A program made the translations under genes and the position numbers. A stretch of 64,000 bases of DNA from Planctomycetota bacterium (lineage in GTDB: Bacteria; Planctomycetota; UBA8108; SXIK01): NCBI GenBank assembly GCA_965223845.1, contig CBDCXR010000004.1, forward strand, positions 3,968,001 to 4,032,000. Direction: 5' to 3'. The notes below the pieces were generated by a model. The model was not told the DNA's origin. It saw only the letters and a list, made by a program, of their open reading frames with translations, and ran no database searches. Of the stretch, positions 18,720 to 27,967 are shown in pieces. Every line of letters begins with the position of its first letter. The stretch's first letter is position 1.

Positions 18720-20309
18720 ATGAACAGCAATCACCTGCTCATTTGGATGGTCGGCATCGCGAGCTGCGCGACGTTCATCGCGAGCTACGTGACGCGGCAA
18801 CGCACCTGGCTCCTGGCGTCCCTCATCATCATCGTCGCGATGACGGGAGCCGTGCTCCTTCTCCCGGACTACGCCGGCTTCGTCGGCACGGGTCTCTGGC
18901 TTCTTCTCATCGCGTTTCCGCAGTGGACGCTGAGACGCCTGTCCGTCCAGATGCTCCGGCAAGAGTACTCCCGCGCGCGGCGCACGTCGAAGCGGCTCGA
19001 GTACCTTCTTCCGCTCCATCGCTGGGGTGATCAGACCCGGTTCATCGAAGGTCTCGAGCGCGCCCAAGCGGGTGAGCTGGAGAAGGCCGAGTCGATCTTC
19101 GAGGATCTCTGCTCCGAGAAGAGCGCACTCAGCGAAACGGCGCGCCTCCAGAGGCTGCGGCTCGCGCACGAATGGTCCGTGATCGCCGAGGAGCTGGAGC
19201 GTGGCGATGCGTCGCGCATCGATCTCAACAGCGCCGCTCTCTACCTACGCGCGCTCGGCGAGACGCGGCGCGTCGAGAGTCTCGTCGACGCTTACTCCGT
19301 GCTTTGGAGTCGCATCGAGGACGCGTACGTACCGGAAATCCTCCGGCACACCTGCCGGATGATTCTCTTCGCGTTCACGGGGGACACTGCGAGTGTCCGC
19401 GCGATCCTCGGCGAATCTCTGCGGCACTATCCACGTGAGATCACGGAGTTTTGGACGGCGACGGCGGAGCACGCCGCGGGTCGCGTCGATTCCGCACGGA
19501 GGACGTTCGAGCGACTGGCGACGTCTTCCGATGCGCTCGCCCGATCGGCGGCGCAGTACCGGCTGGAATCGCCGCCGACGAGTCACGTCGACTCGATCCT
19601 CGGGGCCGACCAAGTCGGCGTTCTCGAGCGCGTCCGCGCGCGGTTCTCCGAAGAGCAGCGCTACGGCCTTCCTTCGACGCGGGCCAGGCAGCGTGCACGG
19701 GGAACGAAGACACTTCTGGTCGCGAACGTCGTCCTCTATGCCCTCGAGATCGCACTCGGCGGCAGCACGGACAACGAGGTGCTCTTTCGACTTGGAGCGC
19801 TCCACCCCGAAGCGGTTTTCGACGGCGAATACTGGCGACTCATCAGCGCCGCGTTTCTTCACGCCGGACCTCTCCACATCGTTGGGAACATGCTGGCGCT
19901 CTACCTCCTCGGGCCGTTCGTCGAGCTCTCTCTCGGCCGAACGCGCTTCTTCGTCTTTTACTTTGCGACCATTCTCGCCTCGATGGGATTCTGCCTCTGG
20001 TACATGCATACCGTGGCCGATTCGCCGAGCTTGCTCGTGGGCGCTTCGGGCGCGATCATGGGCCTCGTCGGTGCGTCGGCCGTTCTGCTTCGCCGCGGGT
20101 GGAAGGAAGAGCGCTCGCGCATCGCGCGGCGACGGCTCGTGCTCTTCGCGATCGTCATCGTTCTCCAGCTCACGTTCGACTACGTGACGCCGCAGGTGAG
20201 CATCCAGGCCCACGCGAGCGGACTCGTCTTCGGGGTGCTCGCCGCCCTCTTTTTCGTTCGGTTCAGTAGGCGCACGTCCACACCTGACTCTCGCGACTCC
20301 GCTCGGTGA
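18720..20309 (+). CDS. rhomboid intramembrane serine protease with N-terminal TM and TPR-like domain
   Basis: YWRLISAAFLHAG.LH..GNM, GASG (Ser) and QAHASG (His) motifs. Confidence 0.9.
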   Translation: MNSNHLLIWMVGIASCATFIASYVTRQRTWLLASLIIIVAMTGAVLLLPDYAGFVGTGLWLLLIAFPQWTLRRLSVQMLRQEYSRARRTSKRLEYLLPLHRWGDQTRFIEGLERAQAGELEKAESIFEDLCSEKSALSETARLQRLRLAHEWSVIAEELERGDASRIDLNSAALYLRALGETRRVESLVDAYSVLWSRIEDAYVPEILRHTCRMILFAFTGDTASVRAILGESLRHYPREITEFWTATAEHAAGRVDSARRTFERLATSSDALARSAAQYRLESPPTSHVDSILGADQVGVLERVRARFSEEQRYGLPSTRARQRARGTKTLLVANVVLYALEIALGGSTDNEVLFRLGALHPEAVFDGEYWRLISAAFLHAGPLHIVGNMLALYLLGPFVELSLGRTRFFVFYFATILASMGFCLWYMHTVADSPSLLVGASGAIMGLVGASAVLLRRGWKEERSRIARRRLVLFAIVIVLQLTFDYVTPQVSIQAHASGLVFGVLAALFFVRFSRRTSTPDSRDSAR

Positions 20310-20310
20310 C

Positions 20311-22863
20311 ATGCGCGGATCGATTCGACTCTGCCGGAGGTCGTCCATGTCCTTGTCCTCTCCGATCTCAAACGCACGTGCGGAACGCGGACTCGCAATC
20401 GGTGTCGTTCTTCTGCTCGCGCTCGGCTGCCGCGGCCCGCTCGATCCGGACGGAGCTCCGACCGAGGAGTTTCCGCTCAGCCCCGAGATGCGACAGCTCG
20501 CCGCCGATACGGCCGATCCGGACTACCTCGCGGTTCTTCGCGGGATGCATCGAAACGATCTTCGCGAGGAGATCTACCGCGTCGAGATACCGGACAATCC
20601 GGTGGAGTTCGCGGCCCGCTACGCGGAGTCGAACCCCCTCGACTCCGATCCGGCCCTCCGCGATGCGTACGAGAGGCGCCGGCGCATCTGCGACGCGTTC
20701 GTCGCCCTCGTTCGCGCGGAGGCAGCGCGGCGCGAGCTCGGCGATCTTCTCCCCGAAGACCTCACAATCGCAGCGCCGGGCGCCGTCGACCTGAAGAACG
20801 GCACCGAAACTCCCGAACTCGTCGTCGAGACCACTTATCCCGCGGACGGTTACGCGTCGGAGTGGCCGCGGTGGCGCGGTCCGAGCGGACAAGGAAACTT
20901 CTCCGACGACGACGTCCCGACCGAGTGGGACGTTCCGTCGGGACGGGGTCTTCTCTGGAAGACTCCGATCCCCGGTGCGGGCAATTCGTCGCCGGTCGTT
21001 TGGGGAGATCATGTGTTTCTCACGACGGCATTCGATCGCGGAAACCGGCGGAGCCTCGTCGGAATCGATCGCGCGAGCGGATCGATCCGATTCGTCCGCG
21101 ACGCGCCGGCGGTTCCTCCGGAGGGACGCGTGATCGCGAAGAGCGGCTACGCCTCTGCGACGCCAGCCGTCGATGGCGAGCGGGTGTACGCGTTTTTCGG
21201 GAACACGGGGATCGTGGCGTTCAACTTTGCGGGCGACGTCTTGTGGCGCGCACCGCTCGCTCCGTTCGACGCGATGCACGGAACCGGTGCGTCGCCGGTG
21301 CTCTGGCGTGATCTCGTCGTCCTTCTTCAGGAGCAGAGCGGGAAGCCGTCCGTAGCGATCGCCGTCGATCGCGCGACGGGGGAAGAGCGCTGGAGCGTCG
21401 AGCGCGGACGCGCGCTCGGCTGGTGCACGCCGCTCGCCGTTCGCGTCGGTGGAGTCGATCAGCTCATCTACGGCACGAAGCGCGCGCTCGTCGGCATCGA
21501 TCCGTCGAGTGGTGAAGAGCTTTGGCGCTGCGACGGTGCGACCCCCGAAGTGATCCCCACTCCCGTCGCCGGACACGGACTCGTTTTTTCCGCATCGGGA
21601 AGGAGTGGGCCGACCCTCGCGGTCCGGCCGACGGGACGCGGCAACGTCACCGCGTCCCACCTCGCGTGGAGCACGCGCCGGGGGAGCCCACACGTCCCCT
21701 CGCCGATCCTCGTCGGTGAGCTGCTCTACATGGCGAACGACACGGGAATCCTAACGTGCCTCGAGGCGCGGAGCGGCCGCACGGTGTACCAGCAGCGTCT
21801 TCGGGGGCGATTCTCCGCGTCACCGATCGCCAACGGCACTCAGATCTACTTCACAAACGAAGACGGACGAACGTTCGTCGTTCGCGCGGGGCGCGACTTT
21901 GAAATCCTCGCCGAGAACGACGCGGGTGAACGTGTGCTCGCGTCGATGGCGGTCCACCGCGGGGAGTTCCTGCAGCGCGGAGCCGAGCACCTGTTTGCGT
22001 ACGGTCGCGCCGTCGCGGCAGCGCGCTCGAGTGACGGCGGAGACGGGCGCAGTCCAGGTTCGCGAGCCGACGATAGCCCGTTCGGCCTCGCGGCTCTCGA
22101 GGCGGGGCCGGAGGGCGCCGATTTCGAGGCGTTCCTCGACTTGGCCTCGCGCGAGAGCGAACGTTTTCGCCGGCGCTTTCTCGCCGACTCGGGAACTCGG
22201 GTGCTCGAAACGACCGTCAAGTTCAAGGAATCAGCCGCTCTATGGCTCGCCGATCGACGCGGAGTGGATCGGTTCCTCCTCGACGCCCCCGAGCTCGAGC
22301 GCGCCGTTCGCGGCGCCTCCCGCCTCGACGGCGGTGCGGCCTTCGGCGGTTTCGAGGGTCGCTGGTACGGGCGATGGGATCGCTCGAGGGTCGATCACCA
22401 CTGGGGCCCCGCGATCGATCTCGAGCCGCCGCGGCGCGTCGAGATCGAAGCGGGACCGCCGGTGTGGATCCGCAGCTATCAATACGCGTGGATCGGCGAC
22501 GGCTACGGGATCAACCTCATCGCCACCTCCGATCTCGAGCGCGCGGACGCGGACTACATCCTCGGCTACGTCGTTCACGTCGCGGACCAAAACCTCGACG
22601 AGGTGCGGGCGCGCCGGCCGCACGTCGGGATTGCGACGGGCGCGGGACAGCTCGTCTGGATCACAGCGGGCGAGGTGTTTCTCGAGGAGGCGTTCCGCCG
22701 GGAGAGCGGCGCGGATGCCTACGCGATCACCGGCTTCTTCTATCGCGACGACGGTTTGGCGACGAAGATCAAGTCGTGCTTCCAAGCGATCTACACCCGG
22801 CAGCCGGACGATCGTCCGGAGTTTTACCACTTCGACGCGGAACCCGAGCTCGCGGTCGAGTGA
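20311..22863 (+). CDS. PQQ-like beta-propeller protein with extra N- and C-terminal domains (possible lipoprotein)
   Basis: LALGC lipobox-like; EWPRWRGPSGQG, GNSSPVVWGD, SATPAVDG and FSASP motifs; about 280-aa unrelated C-terminal domain. Start uncertain. Confidence 0.8.
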   Translation: MRGSIRLCRRSSMSLSSPISNARAERGLAIGVVLLLALGCRGPLDPDGAPTEEFPLSPEMRQLAADTADPDYLAVLRGMHRNDLREEIYRVEIPDNPVEFAARYAESNPLDSDPALRDAYERRRRICDAFVALVRAEAARRELGDLLPEDLTIAAPGAVDLKNGTETPELVVETTYPADGYASEWPRWRGPSGQGNFSDDDVPTEWDVPSGRGLLWKTPIPGAGNSSPVVWGDHVFLTTAFDRGNRRSLVGIDRASGSIRFVRDAPAVPPEGRVIAKSGYASATPAVDGERVYAFFGNTGIVAFNFAGDVLWRAPLAPFDAMHGTGASPVLWRDLVVLLQEQSGKPSVAIAVDRATGEERWSVERGRALGWCTPLAVRVGGVDQLIYGTKRALVGIDPSSGEELWRCDGATPEVIPTPVAGHGLVFSASGRSGPTLAVRPTGRGNVTASHLAWSTRRGSPHVPSPILVGELLYMANDTGILTCLEARSGRTVYQQRLRGRFSASPIANGTQIYFTNEDGRTFVVRAGRDFEILAENDAGERVLASMAVHRGEFLQRGAEHLFAYGRAVAAARSSDGGDGRSPGSRADDSPFGLAALEAGPEGADFEAFLDLASRESERFRRRFLADSGTRVLETTVKFKESAALWLADRRGVDRFLLDAPELERAVRGASRLDGGAAFGGFEGRWYGRWDRSRVDHHWGPAIDLEPPRRVEIEAGPPVWIRSYQYAWIGDGYGINLIATSDLERADADYILGYVVHVADQNLDEVRARRPHVGIATGAGQLVWITAGEVFLEEAFRRESGADAYAITGFFYRDDGLATKIKSCFQAIYTRQPDDRPEFYHFDAEPELAVE

Positions 22864-22915
22864 GGGCGCCGAAGTCTGCGGCGTCGACCCCGCGTCGCGC
22901 GAGTCAGATCTCCCG

Positions 22916-24433
22916 CTACGATGAGGTCGTTTCCGCCTCGACCGGCTCGGCCGGGAGAATCGCAACCGAGCGTTTGCAGCGCACGCAGCGGACCGACGGT
23001 AAGTGAAACGTCGGACTCAACTGGAGAGTGCGACCACAGCGGCAACGAAACGACTCCCACGACTCGCCCCGACGCTGATACTGCTGCGGTGATTCGGCCG
23101 CCTCCTTCGCGTGCTCGTTCACAGGCGATTCGGTCGACTTCGACTCGTCGGATGGTTCCGCTGCTTCGACCGGAACGGACGACGCGCTCGCGGCGCTCTC
23201 GTCGTCCTCCGGGACGTCTTCGCTCGCCGGAACCGAGTTCTCGACGCCGCAGCGAGGACAGGAAATCGTCGGACGGTTCCACTCGGGCGGAAGCTTGATC
23301 CGGATGCCGCAAGCGCACGAGAGAATCACGTACTCGGCGATCCGGTCGATGAGGTCCGCCACTTCGCGCGCGCGCTCGATCACCTGCTCCCGCGGCTCCG
23401 GGTCCGGACGCGGCAGTCGCGTGGGGAGCGCCGGACACTCGGCTAGACTCTTCGTATCGATCAGATCGCCGGAGCTTTTGCCGCGCACGCTTTGGTACGC
23501 GGCCTCGTACTCCCCGTACCCCGCGCCCGTCCCCATCGCGCGCAGAATTCGGATGCGCTCCGACGTCGGAGGATGGGTCGAGAGGAGAGGCGATCCCGGG
23601 CGCGTTCCGCGATCGAGCGGATTCACGATGAACAGCGGCGCGACGACCGCACCGACGTCCTTCGCCGCCGACGCCCGGCGCGAAATCTTCTCGAGCGCCC
23701 CGGCGAGGCCGGGCGGATAGCGAGTGAAGCGAGCGGCGCACGCGTCGGCGAGATACTCTCGCTCGCGCGAGCAGGCGAAGTAGAAGAGCCGCGCGCAGAT
23801 GGGCGCGAGTACGGCGGCGACGATCGCCGCAATCATCAACGCGGCCTGCGCCTTGAAGCCGGAGCGAGCGGCCAAGCGGCGCCGTCCTCCGCCGAGGATC
23901 GTCGCGCGGAGCAGTACGTCCGATAGCAGCACGATCGCACCGAGCAGCACCGACGCGCGCGTGAGGAAGCGGACGTCCTCGTTCTTGATGTGCGCCATCT
24001 CGTGCGCGACGACGCCCTGGAGCTCGTCGCGACTGAGAGTCCGAAGGATTCCCGTCGTGACGGCGATCGACGCGCGGCCAGCGGCACCACCGGCTGCGAA
24101 CGCGTTCGGGATGTCACTGTCGATCACGAAGATTCGCGGTTGGCTTCCCGCGAGCCCGGCCGCGATCGTCATCTCCTCGACGACGTTCCACAGTCGAGGA
24201 CTGTCGTCCCGCGAGATCTCGTGCGCGCCCGCAGCGAGAAGAAGCAGTTGATCGCCTTGATACGCGGCGACGCCCTGAAGCACTCCCCAGAGAACGAGCG
24301 CGCCGAACGCTCCCCACCAGGCGCCCACTCCGAACACGAGTCCAGCGAGCATCCCGAGGCCGATGAGGATGAACCCCATCGCGCCGACGAGTAGAACCGA
24401 GCGCCGCCGGTTTCGGGCGATTGCTTCCCACAT
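22916..24433 (-). CDS. htpX: HtpX-like M48 zinc metalloprotease with C-terminal zinc ribbons
   Basis: PNAFAAG, GVVAHEMAH, SREREYLADA and STHPP..ERI motifs; CAC..CPRC and CRC..CVRC at the C-terminus. Confidence 0.88.
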   Translation of the reverse strand: MWEAIARNRRRSVLLVGAMGFILIGLGMLAGLVFGVGAWWGAFGALVLWGVLQGVAAYQGDQLLLLAAGAHEISRDDSPRLWNVVEEMTIAAGLAGSQPRIFVIDSDIPNAFAAGGAAGRASIAVTTGILRTLSRDELQGVVAHEMAHIKNEDVRFLTRASVLLGAIVLLSDVLLRATILGGGRRRLAARSGFKAQAALMIAAIVAAVLAPICARLFYFACSREREYLADACAARFTRYPPGLAGALEKISRRASAAKDVGAVVAPLFIVNPLDRGTRPGSPLLSTHPPTSERIRILRAMGTGAGYGEYEAAYQSVRGKSSGDLIDTKSLAECPALPTRLPRPDPEPREQVIERAREVADLIDRIAEYVILSCACGIRIKLPPEWNRPTISCPRCGVENSVPASEDVPEDDESAASASSVPVEAAEPSDESKSTESPVNEHAKEAAESPQQYQRRGESWESFRCRCGRTLQLSPTFHLPSVRCVRCKRSVAILPAEPVEAETTSS

Positions 24434-24451
24434 GCGAGCGAGTCTCCGATC

Positions 24452-24531
24452 GCGGCGGCGGAGCGGTGAATCGCGGGTCGGTGCGCGGACGAATCCGCGG
24501 ACCGCGACCGTGAATCGGTGCGCGCCGCCGC
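24452..24531. repeat. imperfect long inverted repeat in the lemA-htpX spacer
   Basis: Outer arms GCGGCGGCG/CGCCGCCGC, inner GGTCG/CGACC and CGCGGA-CGAA-TCCGCG. Confidence 0.5.
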
Positions 24532-24545
24532 AGCGAGTCCGCGAA

Positions 24546-25112
24546 TCAGAACGCCACTTGCGGCGTCGCGCGTTCCTTCTTGTCTTCGATCTCGAAGAAC
24601 GATTCGTTCTTGAAGCCGAACATGCCAGCGATGATGTTCGCGGGGATGCTCTCGATCTTCGTGTTGAACGTCATCACGGAGTCGTTGAAGTGCTGGCGCG
24701 AGAACGCGAGCTTGTTCTCGGTCGAAGTCAACTCTTCCTGGAGCGAGAGAAAGTTCTGGTTCGCCTGGAGATCCGGGTACTGCTCGACGACCATCATCAG
24801 CCGCCCGAGCGCCGAGCTGAGCGCGTTTTCAGCCGCAGCCTGCTGCTCGACTCCCTGCGCCGAGGTCGCTTTCGCCCGCGCTTCGATGACTCCCTCGAGC
24901 GTTTCCTTCTCGTGGGCGGCGTACCCCTTCACGGTCTCGACCAGATTCGGGATCAGGTCGTGCCGCCGCTTGAGCTGAACGTCGATCTGCGACCACGCGT
25001 TCTTCAATTGGTTGCGGAGGCGAATGATCCCGTTGTAGCTGCCGACGAACCAGAGGCAGATGACTCCGAACAAGCCGGCGAACACGAGAAACGCCAAAAA
25101 GAATCCATCCAT
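24546..25112 (-). CDS. lemA: LemA family protein
   Basis: N-terminal TM; AWSQIDVQLKRRHDLIPNLVETVKGYAAHE and YPDLQANQNF motifs. Confidence 0.95.
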   Translation of the reverse strand: MDGFFLAFLVFAGLFGVICLWFVGSYNGIIRLRNQLKNAWSQIDVQLKRRHDLIPNLVETVKGYAAHEKETLEGVIEARAKATSAQGVEQQAAAENALSSALGRLMMVVEQYPDLQANQNFLSLQEELTSTENKLAFSRQHFNDSVMTFNTKIESIPANIIAGMFGFKNESFFEIEDKKERATPQVAF

Positions 25113-25166
25113 CGTTCTCTCCTCTTTTCGATTGTTGATTCTCTGAATCTACCGGGGAGGGAGGGC

Positions 25167-25568
25167 TCACTCAGCGTGTGTGAGCTCGGAGCGGTAGAGG
25201 TCGCGAAAGAATTCGCCTACCGCTCGCTCCTCGTCGTCTTCCGCGTTGCGCATGACGGCGAACAGCTCGCCCTGATCGAACCACAGCCCGTCGCCCCGGG
25301 GGCAGCGGTCGAGCTCGATCGGGGCGTCGCAGCCGACTTCGATCGGCTCCATGCGCGCCGTGCAGCGCGGGCAGCGACGCCGCCCTCCGCGACGGTGCTT
25401 CGCTTCGGCGAGTGCGGAGCGTAAAGCGCCGGGCGCGGCTCCGCTCAACTCACCGATGAGCTCGAGCTCGCCCGAGTCGAGCCACGTACCGCGACAAGAC
25501 ATGCAGTGGTCGATCTCAACCCCGCTCAGCTCAAACGCGACCAGAGGTTCCCCACAGTGCGGACACAT
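25167..25568 (-). CDS. double zf-TFIIB-like zinc-finger protein
   Basis: Two CPxC...E(I/L)DxCxxx.G.W(L/F)DxGEL repeats. Confidence 0.85.
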   Translation of the reverse strand: MCPHCGEPLVAFELSGVEIDHCMSCRGTWLDSGELELIGELSGAAPGALRSALAEAKHRRGGRRRCPRCTARMEPIEVGCDAPIELDRCPRGDGLWFDQGELFAVMRNAEDDEERAVGEFFRDLYRSELTHAE

Positions 25569-25760
25569 AGGCTAGCTCAGCGACTCGGAAGCTCGGCGCG
25601 GTGCTCCCGCCCCGGCGAAAGAACGGCGCGCTCGCGAAAGAGCGCGCACATTGTTTTCGTCGGCAGAAGCGAAGCCGATTCCGCAAGCAGCATCCGAGAA
25701 CCGCGGCTCGCCGACCCTCCAACCCGATAATCCGGCCTGATCGCAGTGACCGCGGGGAGA

Positions 25761-26954
25761 TCAGCCCTGGCGGTAGTTCTTGAGAATGTGCTTCACGAGG
25801 CGGCCGTGAGCCGTCTTGAGGTCGACGCCGAGCAGCTTTTGCGTCAGTTCCTCGAGCACCTCGCGGTCCGTGCGCGGCCGCGGTGGCTGCTTCCGCGCCG
25901 CGCCGGGGTTCGGGTCGAGGTCCTTCCCGCAGATCTCGTGGAGCGTGCGGAGAAAGGATGCGAGCGAGTTCGACGAGCCCTCGGCGACGAAGAGATCGAC
26001 CATCGCGTAACAGATCCCGTACCAGCGGGAGAGCGTTTCGTCGGCTTTGGCGAAGCCGCGATAGTTTTTGAGCAGCTTCTCGAACGAGGCGAAGGACTGA
26101 ATGAGGTGCGTCCCGTTGCGCGCGTTCCGTTCGATTCGCTGGCGTTCGGTCTGCCGGTAGTACTGATAGTGCTCCGTTTGCAGTCGACTCGTGAGATAGC
26201 TCGCGATGCCCTCATTCAGCGAATACGGCATCACGCGCGCGAAGTGGATCGCGTTCAGATAGTGAGTGAGCTCGTGGTAGAGAAGCGACCGAATCGCCAG
26301 AGTCCGATCCTTGAGCGTGTTCGCGTAAGGAGGGAGGTACCAGGCGACCTTTCCCTTCATCGTGCGCTTCCGAAAGTCCGAGGACTCGATCTCGAAGTGC
26401 CCGGCGTACTGGATGAGACCCGTCGCCTTCCGGTAGCGACGCTGGCTGTCGTAGATGTCCATCACCACGGCGTGCTCGGAGTAGAACGCGGGGAGAGCGC
26501 GATAGTATTTCCGCAGCTCGGTGAGGACCGCCTCGCCCTGCTTCAGAAACTCGGGGTCGCTCAGCTTCAGCCGTTTTCGAAACGTCGCACGGTCGAGGAG
26601 TCGAACGCGCATCTCCGTTCCGACACCGAAGTCGACGAGAAGCTCCTTCGCCTTCACGGCCGCTTTTCCGGCCGGGTACTTCGCAATCAGCGACTGAAGT
26701 CGCTCGATTCCCTGATCGTAGCGTTTCGCGTTGAGGAGCTTGACCGCGATCGCGAGCTCGCGCGCGGCTTTCTTCTCCGTCGCCGCGGGTTTCTCCGCGT
26801 AGGCAAGCGGCGACCGGGCGCCGGCGGAGCTCGACTCGATGCGCGATCGGACGTCGGGCGCCACCGGGTCGAATCCGCGGCCGAGGATCGCGACGAACAC
26901 GAGGACGAGGAGAGCGAGGATCGAGAGGCGCGTGGTCATGTTGGATCGCTCCAT
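25761..26954 (-). CDS. exported gluzincin-type metallopeptidase-like protein (DUF1570/peptidase MA-like) with a TPR-like segment
   Basis: Signal/TM, YDQGIERLQSLIAKYP TPR-like segment, HELTH...NEGIA zinc motif. Confidence 0.65.
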   Translation of the reverse strand: MERSNMTTRLSILALLVLVFVAILGRGFDPVAPDVRSRIESSSAGARSPLAYAEKPAATEKKAARELAIAVKLLNAKRYDQGIERLQSLIAKYPAGKAAVKAKELLVDFGVGTEMRVRLLDRATFRKRLKLSDPEFLKQGEAVLTELRKYYRALPAFYSEHAVVMDIYDSQRRYRKATGLIQYAGHFEIESSDFRKRTMKGKVAWYLPPYANTLKDRTLAIRSLLYHELTHYLNAIHFARVMPYSLNEGIASYLTSRLQTEHYQYYRQTERQRIERNARNGTHLIQSFASFEKLLKNYRGFAKADETLSRWYGICYAMVDLFVAEGSSNSLASFLRTLHEICGKDLDPNPGAARKQPPRPRTDREVLEELTQKLLGVDLKTAHGRLVKHILKNYRQG

Positions 26955-27154
26955 CGAACGCGATTCGGGACTCCGCTCACTCTACTGGAGACCCCTTTCT
27001 CCGTCCGGAGAAAAGCCGGCGGAACGGACTCGGACACCGCCTCGTCGGAGCGAAGCGTGGACGAAGCCCTCGGCGTCTGCGACGATCCCTCGTTCCCGGA
27101 AGTTTCGCCCCGCCGCGAATCGACTCAAGAGACGTAGACGCCACCGGATCCCGC

Positions 27155-27967
27155 ATGGAGCTCCGAGAGATCGCTCACCAGATCGTCACGACACCTCGGC
27201 TCGCGGCGAAGCTCGAGCCGATCGGGGACGACTGGACGGACGACGACCCCGGTGCGCCCCTCCGAATCGACGCGCCCGCGCGACCGCCCGAGCTCGCGAT
27301 CGCGGACGCGCGCGAGGCCAAGGTGCCCGCGATCGGAGGGATGCACGACCCCGTCCAGCGAAGCCGAATCGTCCACAGCCTCGCGAATCACGAGCTGCAG
27401 GCGACCGAGCTCTTCGCCTGGGCTCTCCTCGCGTTCGCCGACGCTCCGCGCGAGTTTCGGCGCGGACTCGCGCACGTTCTCGCCGACGAGCAGCGGCACA
27501 CGAAGATGTACCTCGCGCGCCTCGAGAGCTGGAGCGTTCCGTTCGGCTCCTACCCGGTCACCGGATACTTCTGGAATAAGATCCGGTCGCTCGCGACTCC
27601 GCTCGAGTTCATCTGTGCGATGTCGCTCACATTTGAGAATGCGAACCTCGATCACACGATCGAGTACGCCGACGCGGCGCGCCGGTGGAGCGACCCGAAA
27701 ACGGCCGCCGTCATCGATCAGATCCATCGCGACGAGATCGAGCACGTCCGCTTCGGATGGCGGTGGCTTCAGCGCTTCAAGGGCGCGGACGAGGATCCGT
27801 GGGACGCGTACCGCCGGAGTGTCACTTGGCCGCTCCGCCCCGCCCTCGCGCGCGGCGAGCGATTCCACCGCGAGGGCCGCGAATCGGCCGAGCTCGATCC
27901 CGACTTCATCGAGAAGCTCGCCCGAAGCTCGCGCACGTCCTCCGCCGATTCGGCCGACGCGCCGTGA
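27155..27967 (+). CDS. DUF455 family ferritin-like (diiron) protein
   Basis: HSLANHELQATEL, DEQRH, FENANLD and DEIEHV.FG.RW motifs. Confidence 0.87.
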   Translation: MELREIAHQIVTTPRLAAKLEPIGDDWTDDDPGAPLRIDAPARPPELAIADAREAKVPAIGGMHDPVQRSRIVHSLANHELQATELFAWALLAFADAPREFRRGLAHVLADEQRHTKMYLARLESWSVPFGSYPVTGYFWNKIRSLATPLEFICAMSLTFENANLDHTIEYADAARRWSDPKTAAVIDQIHRDEIEHVRFGWRWLQRFKGADEDPWDAYRRSVTWPLRPALARGERFHREGRESAELDPDFIEKLARSSRTSSADSADAP

